Source: Candidatus Zhuqueibacterota bacterium (lineage in GTDB: Bacteria > Electryoneota > RPQS01). Taken from it: a stretch of DNA of 64,000 nt. Shown piece after piece: positions 55,401 through 64,000 of the stretch. The stretch is from assembly GCA_003818605.1 (NCBI GenBank), contig RPQS01000020.1, forward strand, positions 1,433-65,432, read 5' to 3'. The notes under the pieces were generated by a model. It saw only the letters and a list, made by a program, of their open reading frames with translations. It ran no database searches and was not told where the DNA came from. The stretch's first letter is position 1; each line of letters begins with the position of its first letter. The position numbers were made by a program, and so were the translations under genes.

Positions 55401-57353
55401 ATGAAGTTCCGTGTAGTCACTCCGTTTCTTGCCGCACTGTTGATGGCGGCCGTATGTGTATCCGTTTTTGCCGTGCCTCGTTCGCAAATTCAGGATGTGT
55501 ATAAATGGAAGCCTGAGCACATCTATTCAACCGTTCAAAAATGGGAAGAGGATGTCCAAGCCCTTCGTACTGGTTTAGATGCACTGGCCGCATTCAAAGG
55601 TCAGTTTTCCGGCCCATCGGCCAAGAATCCGGCGGAAAGCCTGATCGCCTACAACCAACTCAGCGAACAGCTCAAAATCAAGTATGAGTTGCTGGAAGCG
55701 TACTGCTCCTATCACTTTCACGTGGATATGGGTGATGCGGAATGGGTGGGTCGCAGCCAGCAAATGGAGGACTTGAGCCGGATTTTTAATGAAAAAACAT
55801 CATGGTTCGAGCCGGAACTGCTCACGATTCCCCGCGCCACGCTCATGCACTGGGTGGACGCGAATCCCGCTCTTCAGACGTATCGGAAGACCTATGAAGA
55901 TATGTTTTTGCTGCAGGAGCATACACTGTCCGAGCCGGAAGAGCAGATACTGGCTCAGGCCGGGAATATCACCGAAACGGCAGCGGATGTGTTCGGAAAG
56001 ATGACTAACGTGGATATGCGCTGGGGATACCTTCTCGATGAGAAAGGCGATTCGGTTCAAATAACGGATGAAGGCTGGACGAGTTGGCGTGTCAGCCAGG
56101 ATCGCCGTATCCGTGAGGAGTACTTCCGGGGTGTGTGGAACGGCTATAAGGCTTATGAAAATACTCTGGCCGCATTAATGGCGGGCAATCTTCGAAAGAA
56201 TGTTTTTTTGAGCCGCGTGCGAAAATACGACAATACGCTGCAGCATGCTCTCCATTCCGTATTTGTTCCCGAAGCGGTGTATCTGAGTCTCATCAATTCA
56301 GCGCGGGCGGGCGTAGCGCCGCTTCACAAATATGAACAGGTCCGCAAGCGTGTTTTGGGTTTGGATCATTACCGCCATTGGGATTACTATGTGAGTCTGG
56401 TCAAGGAAGACGAAGCACGGTACACGTGGGAGCAGGGCGTGGCGATGGTCACGGATGCTTTGAAGCCGCTGGGCAAAGAATACATTGCGGATATCACTCA
56501 CGGTCTCGATGCGAAAAGCGGCTGGGTGGATGTCTATGCCAATGACGGCAAACGCGGCGGAGCCTATTCCAGCTCGACTTACGGCGTGCATCCCTATATG
56601 CTGTATAATTTCGATTCGGAACAGGGACTCACTCTGGAAGACATCAGCACGATTGCGCATGAAGTCGGCCACTCGATGCATACCCTCTATTCCGAGAAGA
56701 ATCAACCGTATCCCAATCGCGATTATGCCTATTTCAACGCCGAAGTGGCGTCCACCACGAATGAAACGATCATGAATATGAAGCTGCTGGACGACGCCCG
56801 CGCTGCTTATCGCAAGGCGAAAGGCAAGGATAAGGATGCGGCCAAGCAGCGCTTGGTATATCTGCTCGATCAGAATCTCGCTTCGGCACGCGGCAGCTTC
56901 TACCGGCAAACGATCTTTGCGGCATGGGAACTGGAAGCGAATAGAATGGCCGAAAGGGGAGAACCGCTGACGGCGGAAGGCTTCAATAAATTGTACGGCG
57001 ACTTGATCCGCGAATTCTACGGCCCGGCGCTGGAGTATGAAGATCTTTCCAATGTCGAATGGGCGCGCATCCCGCATTTCTACCGCGTCTATTACGTGTA
57101 TACTTATGCCACCAGCTATGCCGCCGCCGTGGCCTTGGCCAAAGATATTCGCGATGAAGCCGCCGGTGTTTCTGCGAAGAAGGGCGTGACCACACGATTT
57201 ATTAACTTCCTCAAAAGCGGCAGCTCCAAGCATCCGGTGGATTTATTGAAGGATGCCGGTGTGGATATGACGACGCCGGCTCCGTTCGAATCCTGCACCC
57301 GCTATTTGGGAGATTTGGTTAACGAACTGGATCAGCTCACCAAAACGAAATAA
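55401..57353 (+). CDS. pepF: Oligoendopeptidase F (M3B) with signal peptide
   Basis: GKRGGAYS, HPY, HEVGHSMH, AEVAST, WARIPHFY. Confidence 0.92.
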   Translation: MKFRVVTPFLAALLMAAVCVSVFAVPRSQIQDVYKWKPEHIYSTVQKWEEDVQALRTGLDALAAFKGQFSGPSAKNPAESLIAYNQLSEQLKIKYELLEAYCSYHFHVDMGDAEWVGRSQQMEDLSRIFNEKTSWFEPELLTIPRATLMHWVDANPALQTYRKTYEDMFLLQEHTLSEPEEQILAQAGNITETAADVFGKMTNVDMRWGYLLDEKGDSVQITDEGWTSWRVSQDRRIREEYFRGVWNGYKAYENTLAALMAGNLRKNVFLSRVRKYDNTLQHALHSVFVPEAVYLSLINSARAGVAPLHKYEQVRKRVLGLDHYRHWDYYVSLVKEDEARYTWEQGVAMVTDALKPLGKEYIADITHGLDAKSGWVDVYANDGKRGGAYSSSTYGVHPYMLYNFDSEQGLTLEDISTIAHEVGHSMHTLYSEKNQPYPNRDYAYFNAEVASTTNETIMNMKLLDDARAAYRKAKGKDKDAAKQRLVYLLDQNLASARGSFYRQTIFAAWELEANRMAERGEPLTAEGFNKLYGDLIREFYGPALEYEDLSNVEWARIPHFYRVYYVYTYATSYAAAVALAKDIRDEAAGVSAKKGVTTRFINFLKSGSSKHPVDLLKDAGVDMTTPAPFESCTRYLGDLVNELDQLTKTK

Positions 57354-57379
57354 GGCTTGTTCAAATAGAGGAGGTTGGC

Positions 57380-59002
57380 GTGAGAGACCTTCGATGTTTG
57401 CGTGCTTTCTTTAGTTGGATTTTATTCGTATTGCCCGTAATCGCCCTGGCGGTTCCGGGCGATACTCTTTCATCCCTTCCCAGTCCGTGCCGGACACCGA
57501 CCGGCTTGGCTTGGGACGGACAGCACTTATGGGTTGCCGACCGCTTGACGGATACGGTTTACGCCGTGAATCCGGCATCGGGCCGCGTGGATCGCGCACT
57601 GCCCGCCCCCGGTTACGATCTTCGAGCCATCACTTGGGATGGAAAATACCTTTGGTGTGTGGACGGCGAAGAGAGTCGGATTTCGCAATGGGATGTGGCA
57701 ACCGGATTGACTCTGCGGAATCTGGAGTGTCCCGTTTCCAATCCGCAAGGTCTGGCGTGGGACGGCAAGGATCTTTGGCTGGTAGACGGTTCCCAGAATC
57801 AGATTTGCCGGGTGTCCACGGAAGACGGCACGACGATTGTTACTTTTCCGGCACCGTCCAACGGTTCAACAGCTTTAACATGGTGGAACGGATATTTGTG
57901 GTGCGCGGATCGCCGCGACGATAAAATTTATCTGTTCGATCCGCAGCATGGCGAGGTCGTGTTGGCCGTGGATGCACCGGGGAAATATGCGCGCGGACTG
58001 GCAACGGACGGCAAGGTACTCTGGAATGTGGATTTCCAAGACGATCTCATTTACCGCCTTTCATTGGATGATTCCATTTCGGTTAAAATCTCCAGTCCGC
58101 AGACGCTCGATCTGCTGTTGACTTACGAATTCCGCAACTACGGCCCCGGAGATGTTCCTTCGCTGGATGTCTATATCGCGATGCCGCACGACCTTCCCAA
58201 TCAGAAGATCATCAGCTGCGCCAATTACAGCATTCCTCCCACGGACATTCTGATGGATCGTTGGGGGCAGAATGTCGCGCACTTCCATCTTGAAAATCCA
58301 GCCCATGCCTCCCGCATACAGATTACCGCTGATATGACGGCGGAACTTTCGAATGCGCGCTGGTTTGTCTATCCGCACAAGGTCGGTGCACTGAAGAATA
58401 TTCCGAAGGATGTGCGGGATGCCTATCTTGTGGATGAAGACAAGTACCGGCTGACTGATCCGGTAATTCAGAATGCGGTGAAAGATGCCGTCGGGGCGGA
58501 GACGAATCCCTATTGGATCATGCGCCGGATTCACAAATGTGTGCGCGAGCATTTGGTGTATGAATTGTCCGGCGGTTGGAACGTCGCGCCGCAAGTTTTG
58601 GCTCGCGGCAACGGTTCGTGCAGTGAGTACGCATTTGTATTCATCTCGATGTGCCGCGCCGCAGGTTTGCCCGCAAGATATGCAGGATCTGTTGTTGTGC
58701 GGGGCGATGATGCGTCGTCGGATGAAACATTCCATCGTTGGTGTCAAGTGTACTTGCCCAACTATGGTTGGATTCATGTGGATCCGCAAGGCGGCGACCG
58801 CGAAAAACCTGCGGAAATCGCCGCATCCATCGGGCAGGTGGACAACCGTTTTCTTATTACCACCGAAGGCGGCGGAGGATCGGAATATCTCGGCTGGGGC
58901 TACAACTACGATTTCAAGTGGACTGGTCGCGGCCCCGTTAAAGTGTATTCGACAGCCGTCGGCGAATGGAGTCCGTCTACATTCTCTCCGGGCGGCAGAT
59001 AG
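57380..59002 (+). CDS. Secreted transglutaminase-like protein with N-terminal beta-propeller
   Basis: GLAWDG..LW repeats; catalytic triad GSCSEY, FHRW, HVDP. Confidence 0.85.
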   Translation: MRDLRCLRAFFSWILFVLPVIALAVPGDTLSSLPSPCRTPTGLAWDGQHLWVADRLTDTVYAVNPASGRVDRALPAPGYDLRAITWDGKYLWCVDGEESRISQWDVATGLTLRNLECPVSNPQGLAWDGKDLWLVDGSQNQICRVSTEDGTTIVTFPAPSNGSTALTWWNGYLWCADRRDDKIYLFDPQHGEVVLAVDAPGKYARGLATDGKVLWNVDFQDDLIYRLSLDDSISVKISSPQTLDLLLTYEFRNYGPGDVPSLDVYIAMPHDLPNQKIISCANYSIPPTDILMDRWGQNVAHFHLENPAHASRIQITADMTAELSNARWFVYPHKVGALKNIPKDVRDAYLVDEDKYRLTDPVIQNAVKDAVGAETNPYWIMRRIHKCVREHLVYELSGGWNVAPQVLARGNGSCSEYAFVFISMCRAAGLPARYAGSVVVRGDDASSDETFHRWCQVYLPNYGWIHVDPQGGDREKPAEIAASIGQVDNRFLITTEGGGGSEYLGWGYNYDFKWTGRGPVKVYSTAVGEWSPSTFSPGGR

Positions 59003-59024
59003 CAAGCGTGAAAAATTCCAAATG

Positions 59025-59053
59025 GAAAAGCCGGTGTTGTGCACCGGCTTTTC
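59025..59053. terminator. Bidirectional terminator
   Basis: GAAAAGCCGGTG-TTGTG-CACCGGCTTTTC between convergent genes. Confidence 0.75.
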
Positions 59054-59078
59054 GGCATCCGTTTGTGATCCTAAAATA

Positions 59079-61109
59079 CTATTTGATGAGCAGCAGCTTG
59101 GTCGTCGCTGAGAACGACGATGTTTCCATGCGGCAGAAATAGAGACCGCCGCTCAGCGGCGACGCGTCGAAAATCACGTTATGAAAACCGACAGGTCGGA
59201 CTCCTTCCGCCAGGATTGCCGCCTGCCGTCCCAATATGTCGTATACGGTAATGCGAACGAACTCGCTCCTTGTCAATCCGAAACAAATCATTGTAGTCGG
59301 ATTAAACGGATTCGGCCAGGCGGGCAGCAATTGCGTTTGGAGCGGCATATCAGCACGATGTTCGGGAATTCCGCTCGGTTCATAGCTGACGTGAAGGGAA
59401 TCGCCGGCCCGCGGATTCAACGGTGCGTGAGATTGGTCTACTAATTCGAGAACGATGGAGTTGTTGCCTTGAGTGAGCTGCGTAACCAGCACGGAATCCG
59501 GATTCGTGTACCAGCCGATTACGGTTCCATTCACCTTTAATTCTACCACGCCGTCCGCCAGAGGTTCGCCTACGGCGAAATCTTCAATATCGTAGTGTAC
59601 CGTAAGTGGTAAGTCGGACACTTGCGCCCCCTCATGAGGTGCAGTGATTTGCAATGAAGGTTCCGGCTGCGGATTGTACGGTCCGAAAGAGCCGTCCGGG
59701 TTTACATTCTGCAAAAAAATGTCAGGCGAGACACCGCCCCGATTTTCCTGCCAGACGGCGATAACTTGTCCCGTATCATTGCGGGTTGAAACCAGATAAC
59801 CTTTGGGGCTTACAGTTAAGGTAAGACTGATCGGCGAAGCGGCCCAGACCAACGATCCATCTGAAGCCACGCGAAATGCTTTAATCCTGCTGTCTACTTG
59901 ACTGCCGGGAGCATACTCAATGTAGGTAACAATAGCTCCGTTGCCGCACGTCGCCGCCTGAATGTCGTGCCGTTGCTGATCGCCTAATGGAATAAAGTCT
60001 TGGCCGTTCGACGTCCACTGAACAGTCCCGTCATTGCCGATGCGTTGTCCGCCCACGCCCCATTCGGACTGATTCGGGCTGGCAATCATGTAAAATAGCA
60101 TTACTCCCTGATTATCGGCAGATATGCAGAGTGCCGGATCCATTTGGAGTTGAGTTCCGGATGTCGAAACAATGACTCCATTACGAGTCCAGAGCGGTGC
60201 ACCGTTAGCGGCAATGTGCTGGGCAAAGGCGTGTAGAGTGTTGTCGCGGCTATCGTACCAATAACTATACGCTCCACCTGCGCCATCCGCGAGCATATCC
60301 GGCTTCATTTGGACACCGATTCCGCCAGCATCCGATACTACGACTCCGCTGGCGGGCCATTGCGCGGTTCCGAACGAATCGAATTTTTGCATGCAGATGT
60401 GGCGGATAGCCCAGAACTCCGGCCCCAGATGCTTCAAGTACTGGACGATGACTCCATCATTTTCCGCAGGAGCGATACGCGGAATAGATAAACCGTTTAT
60501 TCCATTCGTCAGCGTCATCGTGTTCGGAGTCCAAACGTCCACACCCGCAGGCGTCAGTTTGCGAAGATTAACAACCATCCCGGCATCAGTCTCCTGCTGC
60601 CAGGCGATGACGATGTTTCCGCCCATTGTGACCGTAACTCGCGGACTGGGTTCGAAATCGCCGTTGTCGGAAATTGCAATGCCGTCCGGTCCCCAAACGA
60701 ACACTCCCGCGGGGCTGATTCGATAGGCATAGATGTCCCAATCATCCCCGGCGCGAATATCGTTGAAGACAATGATCGCGTGATCAGCGGCATCCACCGT
60801 CATATCGTAGTCCGTAATCCACGTGTCTTGCGGATGATCGCTGATGAGAATGCCGTTGCGCGTCCACTGCGGGATTCCGTTTCCATCGAGCCGCTGCAGA
60901 TAGACATCGTAATTCCCGGATAGCAGATCGAACCAGCAAATGTAGCAGCCTCCGTCGGAAGTGGCGGCGACTTTAGGAACGGTCTGCTCGCCTGCATGGT
61001 TGCAGATGACCAGATTCGTGTCCGGTGATGCCGGCCATTGAGCGAATACTGATGCCGCAAGAAGGAAGGCAGAGAGAACGGTGAGCCGAACAAATGGATG
61101 ATAAATCAT
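59079..61109 (-). CDS. Secreted beta-propeller repeat protein with Ig-like domain and T9SS type-A CTD
   Basis: Repeats W.D.R....DIY.Q.I...G...W..NG; WPNPFNP...KLLLIK; start ATG 61109 after GGAGG. Confidence 0.8.
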   Translation of the reverse strand: MIYHPFVRLTVLSAFLLAASVFAQWPASPDTNLVICNHAGEQTVPKVAATSDGGCYICWFDLLSGNYDVYLQRLDGNGIPQWTRNGILISDHPQDTWITDYDMTVDAADHAIIVFNDIRAGDDWDIYAYRISPAGVFVWGPDGIAISDNGDFEPSPRVTVTMGGNIVIAWQQETDAGMVVNLRKLTPAGVDVWTPNTMTLTNGINGLSIPRIAPAENDGVIVQYLKHLGPEFWAIRHICMQKFDSFGTAQWPASGVVVSDAGGIGVQMKPDMLADGAGGAYSYWYDSRDNTLHAFAQHIAANGAPLWTRNGVIVSTSGTQLQMDPALCISADNQGVMLFYMIASPNQSEWGVGGQRIGNDGTVQWTSNGQDFIPLGDQQRHDIQAATCGNGAIVTYIEYAPGSQVDSRIKAFRVASDGSLVWAASPISLTLTVSPKGYLVSTRNDTGQVIAVWQENRGGVSPDIFLQNVNPDGSFGPYNPQPEPSLQITAPHEGAQVSDLPLTVHYDIEDFAVGEPLADGVVELKVNGTVIGWYTNPDSVLVTQLTQGNNSIVLELVDQSHAPLNPRAGDSLHVSYEPSGIPEHRADMPLQTQLLPAWPNPFNPTTMICFGLTRSEFVRITVYDILGRQAAILAEGVRPVGFHNVIFDASPLSGGLYFCRMETSSFSATTKLLLIK

Positions 61110-61485
61110 GGTGTCCCTCCGGGGAAAGATGTCAGAAACTGTGGATATCACAAATGTACAGAAATCGTTTGAGGTTGTCAATTACGTGTGTTTTCCGCCT
61201 CATTCATTAGAGTGGTATGGACTCCGAATTGTTTCTGACAACGAGTAGGCAGAAAACGAAAGAAGCTTACTTGAGTCAACGCTATTATATTGAATAATAT
61301 AAGAATAAGATTACGCAGCTCAGCAATTCAGCTTTCGTCCATTCGTACAGCCTGCGGTTCGACATGTATAAGAGTACCGTATGTATGCATCATCATGGTG
61401 GGGTTGTCGGCTTGCTTTTTGACTTGGATGTCAGTAATTTTGTTTACTCAAAGAACAATTAGCTTCAGGGTTATCATTGAATCCC

Positions 61486-64000
61486 ATGTCTTTCCAACCC
61501 GCCGAAAAACTCATGCGCGAATTGCGAGACGAAATGTCCCGCCGCATACTCGTGCTTGACGGAGCAACCGGCACGGGCTTGGAAGCGCTCGGCCCGACGG
61601 CAGCGGATTTCGGCGGTGAAAACCTTTCAGGCTGCAATGAGGCTCTGAATCTCAACGCGCCCGAATTTGTTCGGCAGCTACATCACGGCTATATCGAAGC
61701 CGGTGCCGATATTATTGAGACCAATACATTCAATGGTTCGACCATTGTACTGGCGGAGTACGGCCTCGACAAGCAGGTTCACGAGATCAACCGGCGAGCG
61801 GCGGAACTGGCGCGCGAAGCGGCGGGAAAATTCGCGGGAGACCGCCGGATATTTGTAGCCGGATCCATGGGACCGACGAACAAATCCATATCCGTGACCG
61901 GTGGTGTGACCTTTGACGATATTATCAACACATACCGCCTGCAAGCGGAAGGACTAATTGCGGGCGGTGTGGATTACTTGTTGCTCGAAACGCAGCAGGA
62001 TACAATCAACATCAAAGCCGCGTTGATTGGAGTGGATGAAGCCATGCACCGCGTGGGGCGGCGCGTTCCTCTGGCCGTGTCGGTTACTATAGAACTGAAC
62101 GGTACGATGCTCGCCGGGCAGAACATTGAAGCGCTTTATTACACGCTGGCTTCTCGCGACCTTCTCTATCTGGGAATGAACTGTGCTACCGGTCCCGGCC
62201 AGATGACTGATCATTTGCGCACACTTGCGCAGCTTTCGCATTTTCCCGTATCGTGTGTTCCCAATGCGGGTATGCCCAATACGCAGGGCAAGTACGACGA
62301 GGGGCCGTCGCATTTTCACGAGCATTTCGAGCGATTCTGTACGGAAGGTTTTGTGAATCTGATCGGCGGCTGCTGTGGAACAACAGCGGAACATGTTCGC
62401 GCCATGCGCGAAGTGGCCGACCACCATCGCCCGCGCAAACCAAATCTCAAATCCGTCCGCCGCGCATTGGCGGGCAATGAACCGCTAAAGATTGACGAAT
62501 TCATTCGCCCGGTATTTGTCGGCGAACGCACGAACGTAATCGGTTCGCGCAAATTCAAACGTCTGATCGAGGAAAATCAGTTTGACTTAGCGGCGGAAAT
62601 CGGCCGCGATCAGGTCATGAAAGGCGCGCACGTTGTAGATTTATGCACGGCGAATCCGGATCGCGAAGAGCTGCGGGATTTTCTGGCCGTGCTTAAACCG
62701 CTGCTTCGGAAAGTGCGCGTTCCCGTAATGATTGATACAACCGATTCGCAAGTTGTAGAAGCGGCGCTGCGGAATATTGGTGGCAAGGCAGCCATCAATT
62801 CGGTCAATTTTGAAGAAGGGGAGAAGCGGCTCGAAATCATCTGTCCGCTCGCGCAAAAATACGGAGCCTCCGTTGTCTTTGGTTTAATTGACGAGGATAA
62901 GGAAGCGGGAATGGCCGTGACTTTGGAACGGAAGCTTGCCGTTGCTGAACGAGCATTCAGAACATTGACGAATAAGTGGAATTTCGATCCGGGCGAGATT
63001 ATCTTCGATCCGCTCACCTTTCCGGCGGGCACGGGAGATCCGAACTATTTCGGAGCCGCACGAGCCACGGTGGATGCCATCGGCGAAATCCACAAACGAT
63101 ATCCGGACGCCTTAACTCTGCTGGGAATTTCTAATGTGAGTTTTGGTCTTCCGGCGGGCGGACGCGAAGCGCTCAATTCCGTATTCCTCTACGACTGCAT
63201 TCAGGCCGGATTGGACATGGCCATTGTCAACACGGCTGGTATCAAACGCTATGCATCGCTCACAGCCGAAGAAATCCGGTTGTGCGAGCAAGTTCTCTAC
63301 AAGGGAGACTCCGCATCTATCGCCGCGTTTGCAGCTTTCTATCGGGACGCCAAGACCGAAAAGCGGACGGATGAAGATGCGCATCTTCCGGCTGAAGAGC
63401 GAATAGCACGACATGTGGTGGAAGGCACGCGGGAGGGAGTGGAGAAGCTCATGGATGAGCTGCTCACCCGCATGATTCCGCTGGAAATTATTAACGGTCC
63501 GCTCATGAACGGCATGAAAACCGTGGGTGTGCTGTTCGGAGCGAATAAACTCATCGTAGCCGAAGTTCTCGAATCCGCCGAAGTCATGAAAGCCTCGGTG
63601 GATTATCTGAAGAAGTTTTTGGAACCCGGTGCGGCTTCCGCCACGCGCGGCCGGATGCTGCTTGCAACCGTCAAAGGCGACGTGCATGACATCGGAAAAA
63701 ATCTGGTGGACATGATTCTGTCCAACAACGGTTATGATGTCGTGAATCTCGGTATAAAAATTCCGCCCGATGTTCTGGTCGAAGCGGTCGGAAAACACAA
63801 ACCGGACTTCATCGGCCTGTCCGGTTTGCTTGTCCGTTCTGCCCAGCAAATGGTCGTTACCGCTCACGACTTGCGTGAAGCGGGAATTGATCTGCCGCTC
63901 ATGGTCGGCGGTGCGGCCCTCACGCAAAACTTCACGCTCACAAAAATTGCTCCCGCTTACGACGGCCCCGTGTTTTACGCCAACGATGCGATGCAGGGAC
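61486..64000 (+). CDS. metH: B12-dependent methionine synthase (5' part, runs off the right edge; missing from the ORF track)
   Basis: ILVLDGATGT, GADIIETNTF, GMNCATGP, GGCCG, GERTNVIGS, LATVKGDVHDIGKN. Confidence 0.95.
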   Translation, partial: MSFQPAEKLMRELRDEMSRRILVLDGATGTGLEALGPTAADFGGENLSGCNEALNLNAPEFVRQLHHGYIEAGADIIETNTFNGSTIVLAEYGLDKQVHEINRRAAELAREAAGKFAGDRRIFVAGSMGPTNKSISVTGGVTFDDIINTYRLQAEGLIAGGVDYLLLETQQDTINIKAALIGVDEAMHRVGRRVPLAVSVTIELNGTMLAGQNIEALYYTLASRDLLYLGMNCATGPGQMTDHLRTLAQLSHFPVSCVPNAGMPNTQGKYDEGPSHFHEHFERFCTEGFVNLIGGCCGTTAEHVRAMREVADHHRPRKPNLKSVRRALAGNEPLKIDEFIRPVFVGERTNVIGSRKFKRLIEENQFDLAAEIGRDQVMKGAHVVDLCTANPDREELRDFLAVLKPLLRKVRVPVMIDTTDSQVVEAALRNIGGKAAINSVNFEEGEKRLEIICPLAQKYGASVVFGLIDEDKEAGMAVTLERKLAVAERAFRTLTNKWNFDPGEIIFDPLTFPAGTGDPNYFGAARATVDAIGEIHKRYPDALTLLGISNVSFGLPAGGREALNSVFLYDCIQAGLDMAIVNTAGIKRYASLTAEEIRLCEQVLYKGDSASIAAFAAFYRDAKTEKRTDEDAHLPAEERIARHVVEGTREGVEKLMDELLTRMIPLEIINGPLMNGMKTVGVLFGANKLIVAEVLESAEVMKASVDYLKKFLEPGAASATRGRMLLATVKGDVHDIGKNLVDMILSNNGYDVVNLGIKIPPDVLVEAVGKHKPDFIGLSGLLVRSAQQMVVTAHDLREAGIDLPLMVGGAALTQNFTLTKIAPAYDGPVFYANDAMQG

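Noticed and set aside
61110-61485. SAM or cobalamin riboswitch upstream of metH
   Set aside because: No SAM-I core or B12-box consensus recognisable by eye; an Rfam scan would be decisive
61667-63927. ORFs listed in the track in the last 2.5 kb
   Set aside because: Shadows of metH, which runs on the plus strand from 61486 past the window end

Overview
GC-rich bacterial DNA, most likely from a non-Bacteroidetes member of the FCB superphylum. It has T9SS-like C-terminal sorting domains and PorV, but also Shine-Dalgarno sites and E. coli-type sigma70 promoters; the lineage is an inference. 1-37.8 kb is a large alpha-glucan (starch/glycogen/pullulan) utilisation locus. A leftward operon encodes GH31, a Na+/sugar symporter and a GH119-like enzyme. 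A rightward operon encodes a TonB-dependent receptor, a 1166-aa unknown protein with a variant CTD, PorV, a tri-CBM20-like protein, a multi-CBM GH13 amylase, a secreted debranching enzyme, MalK, a GH57 amylopullulanase and MalEFG. These are followed by a divergent GH57-like enzyme, a FadL-type barrel, another CBM protein and a CBM48-esterase. No SusD homologue is recognisable. 38-41.6 kb is a small plastic region (PflX-like radical SAM, cupin, Smr, a pflX remnant, and a repeat-flanked AT-richer CTD gene). 41.8-54.4 kb is a two-component system driving a sigma54 operon: a HydABC/Bfu-like flavo-FeS complex without an H-cluster, a stand-alone FMN glutamate-synthase domain and a degenerate GAF-PPDK-like protein. 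The remainder holds a PAP2 protein, a secreted PepF, a propeller-transglutaminase, a CTD propeller protein and the 5' part of metH. No rRNA, tRNA, CRISPR array or transposase was recognised. All family calls come from reading motifs by eye, not from database searches.
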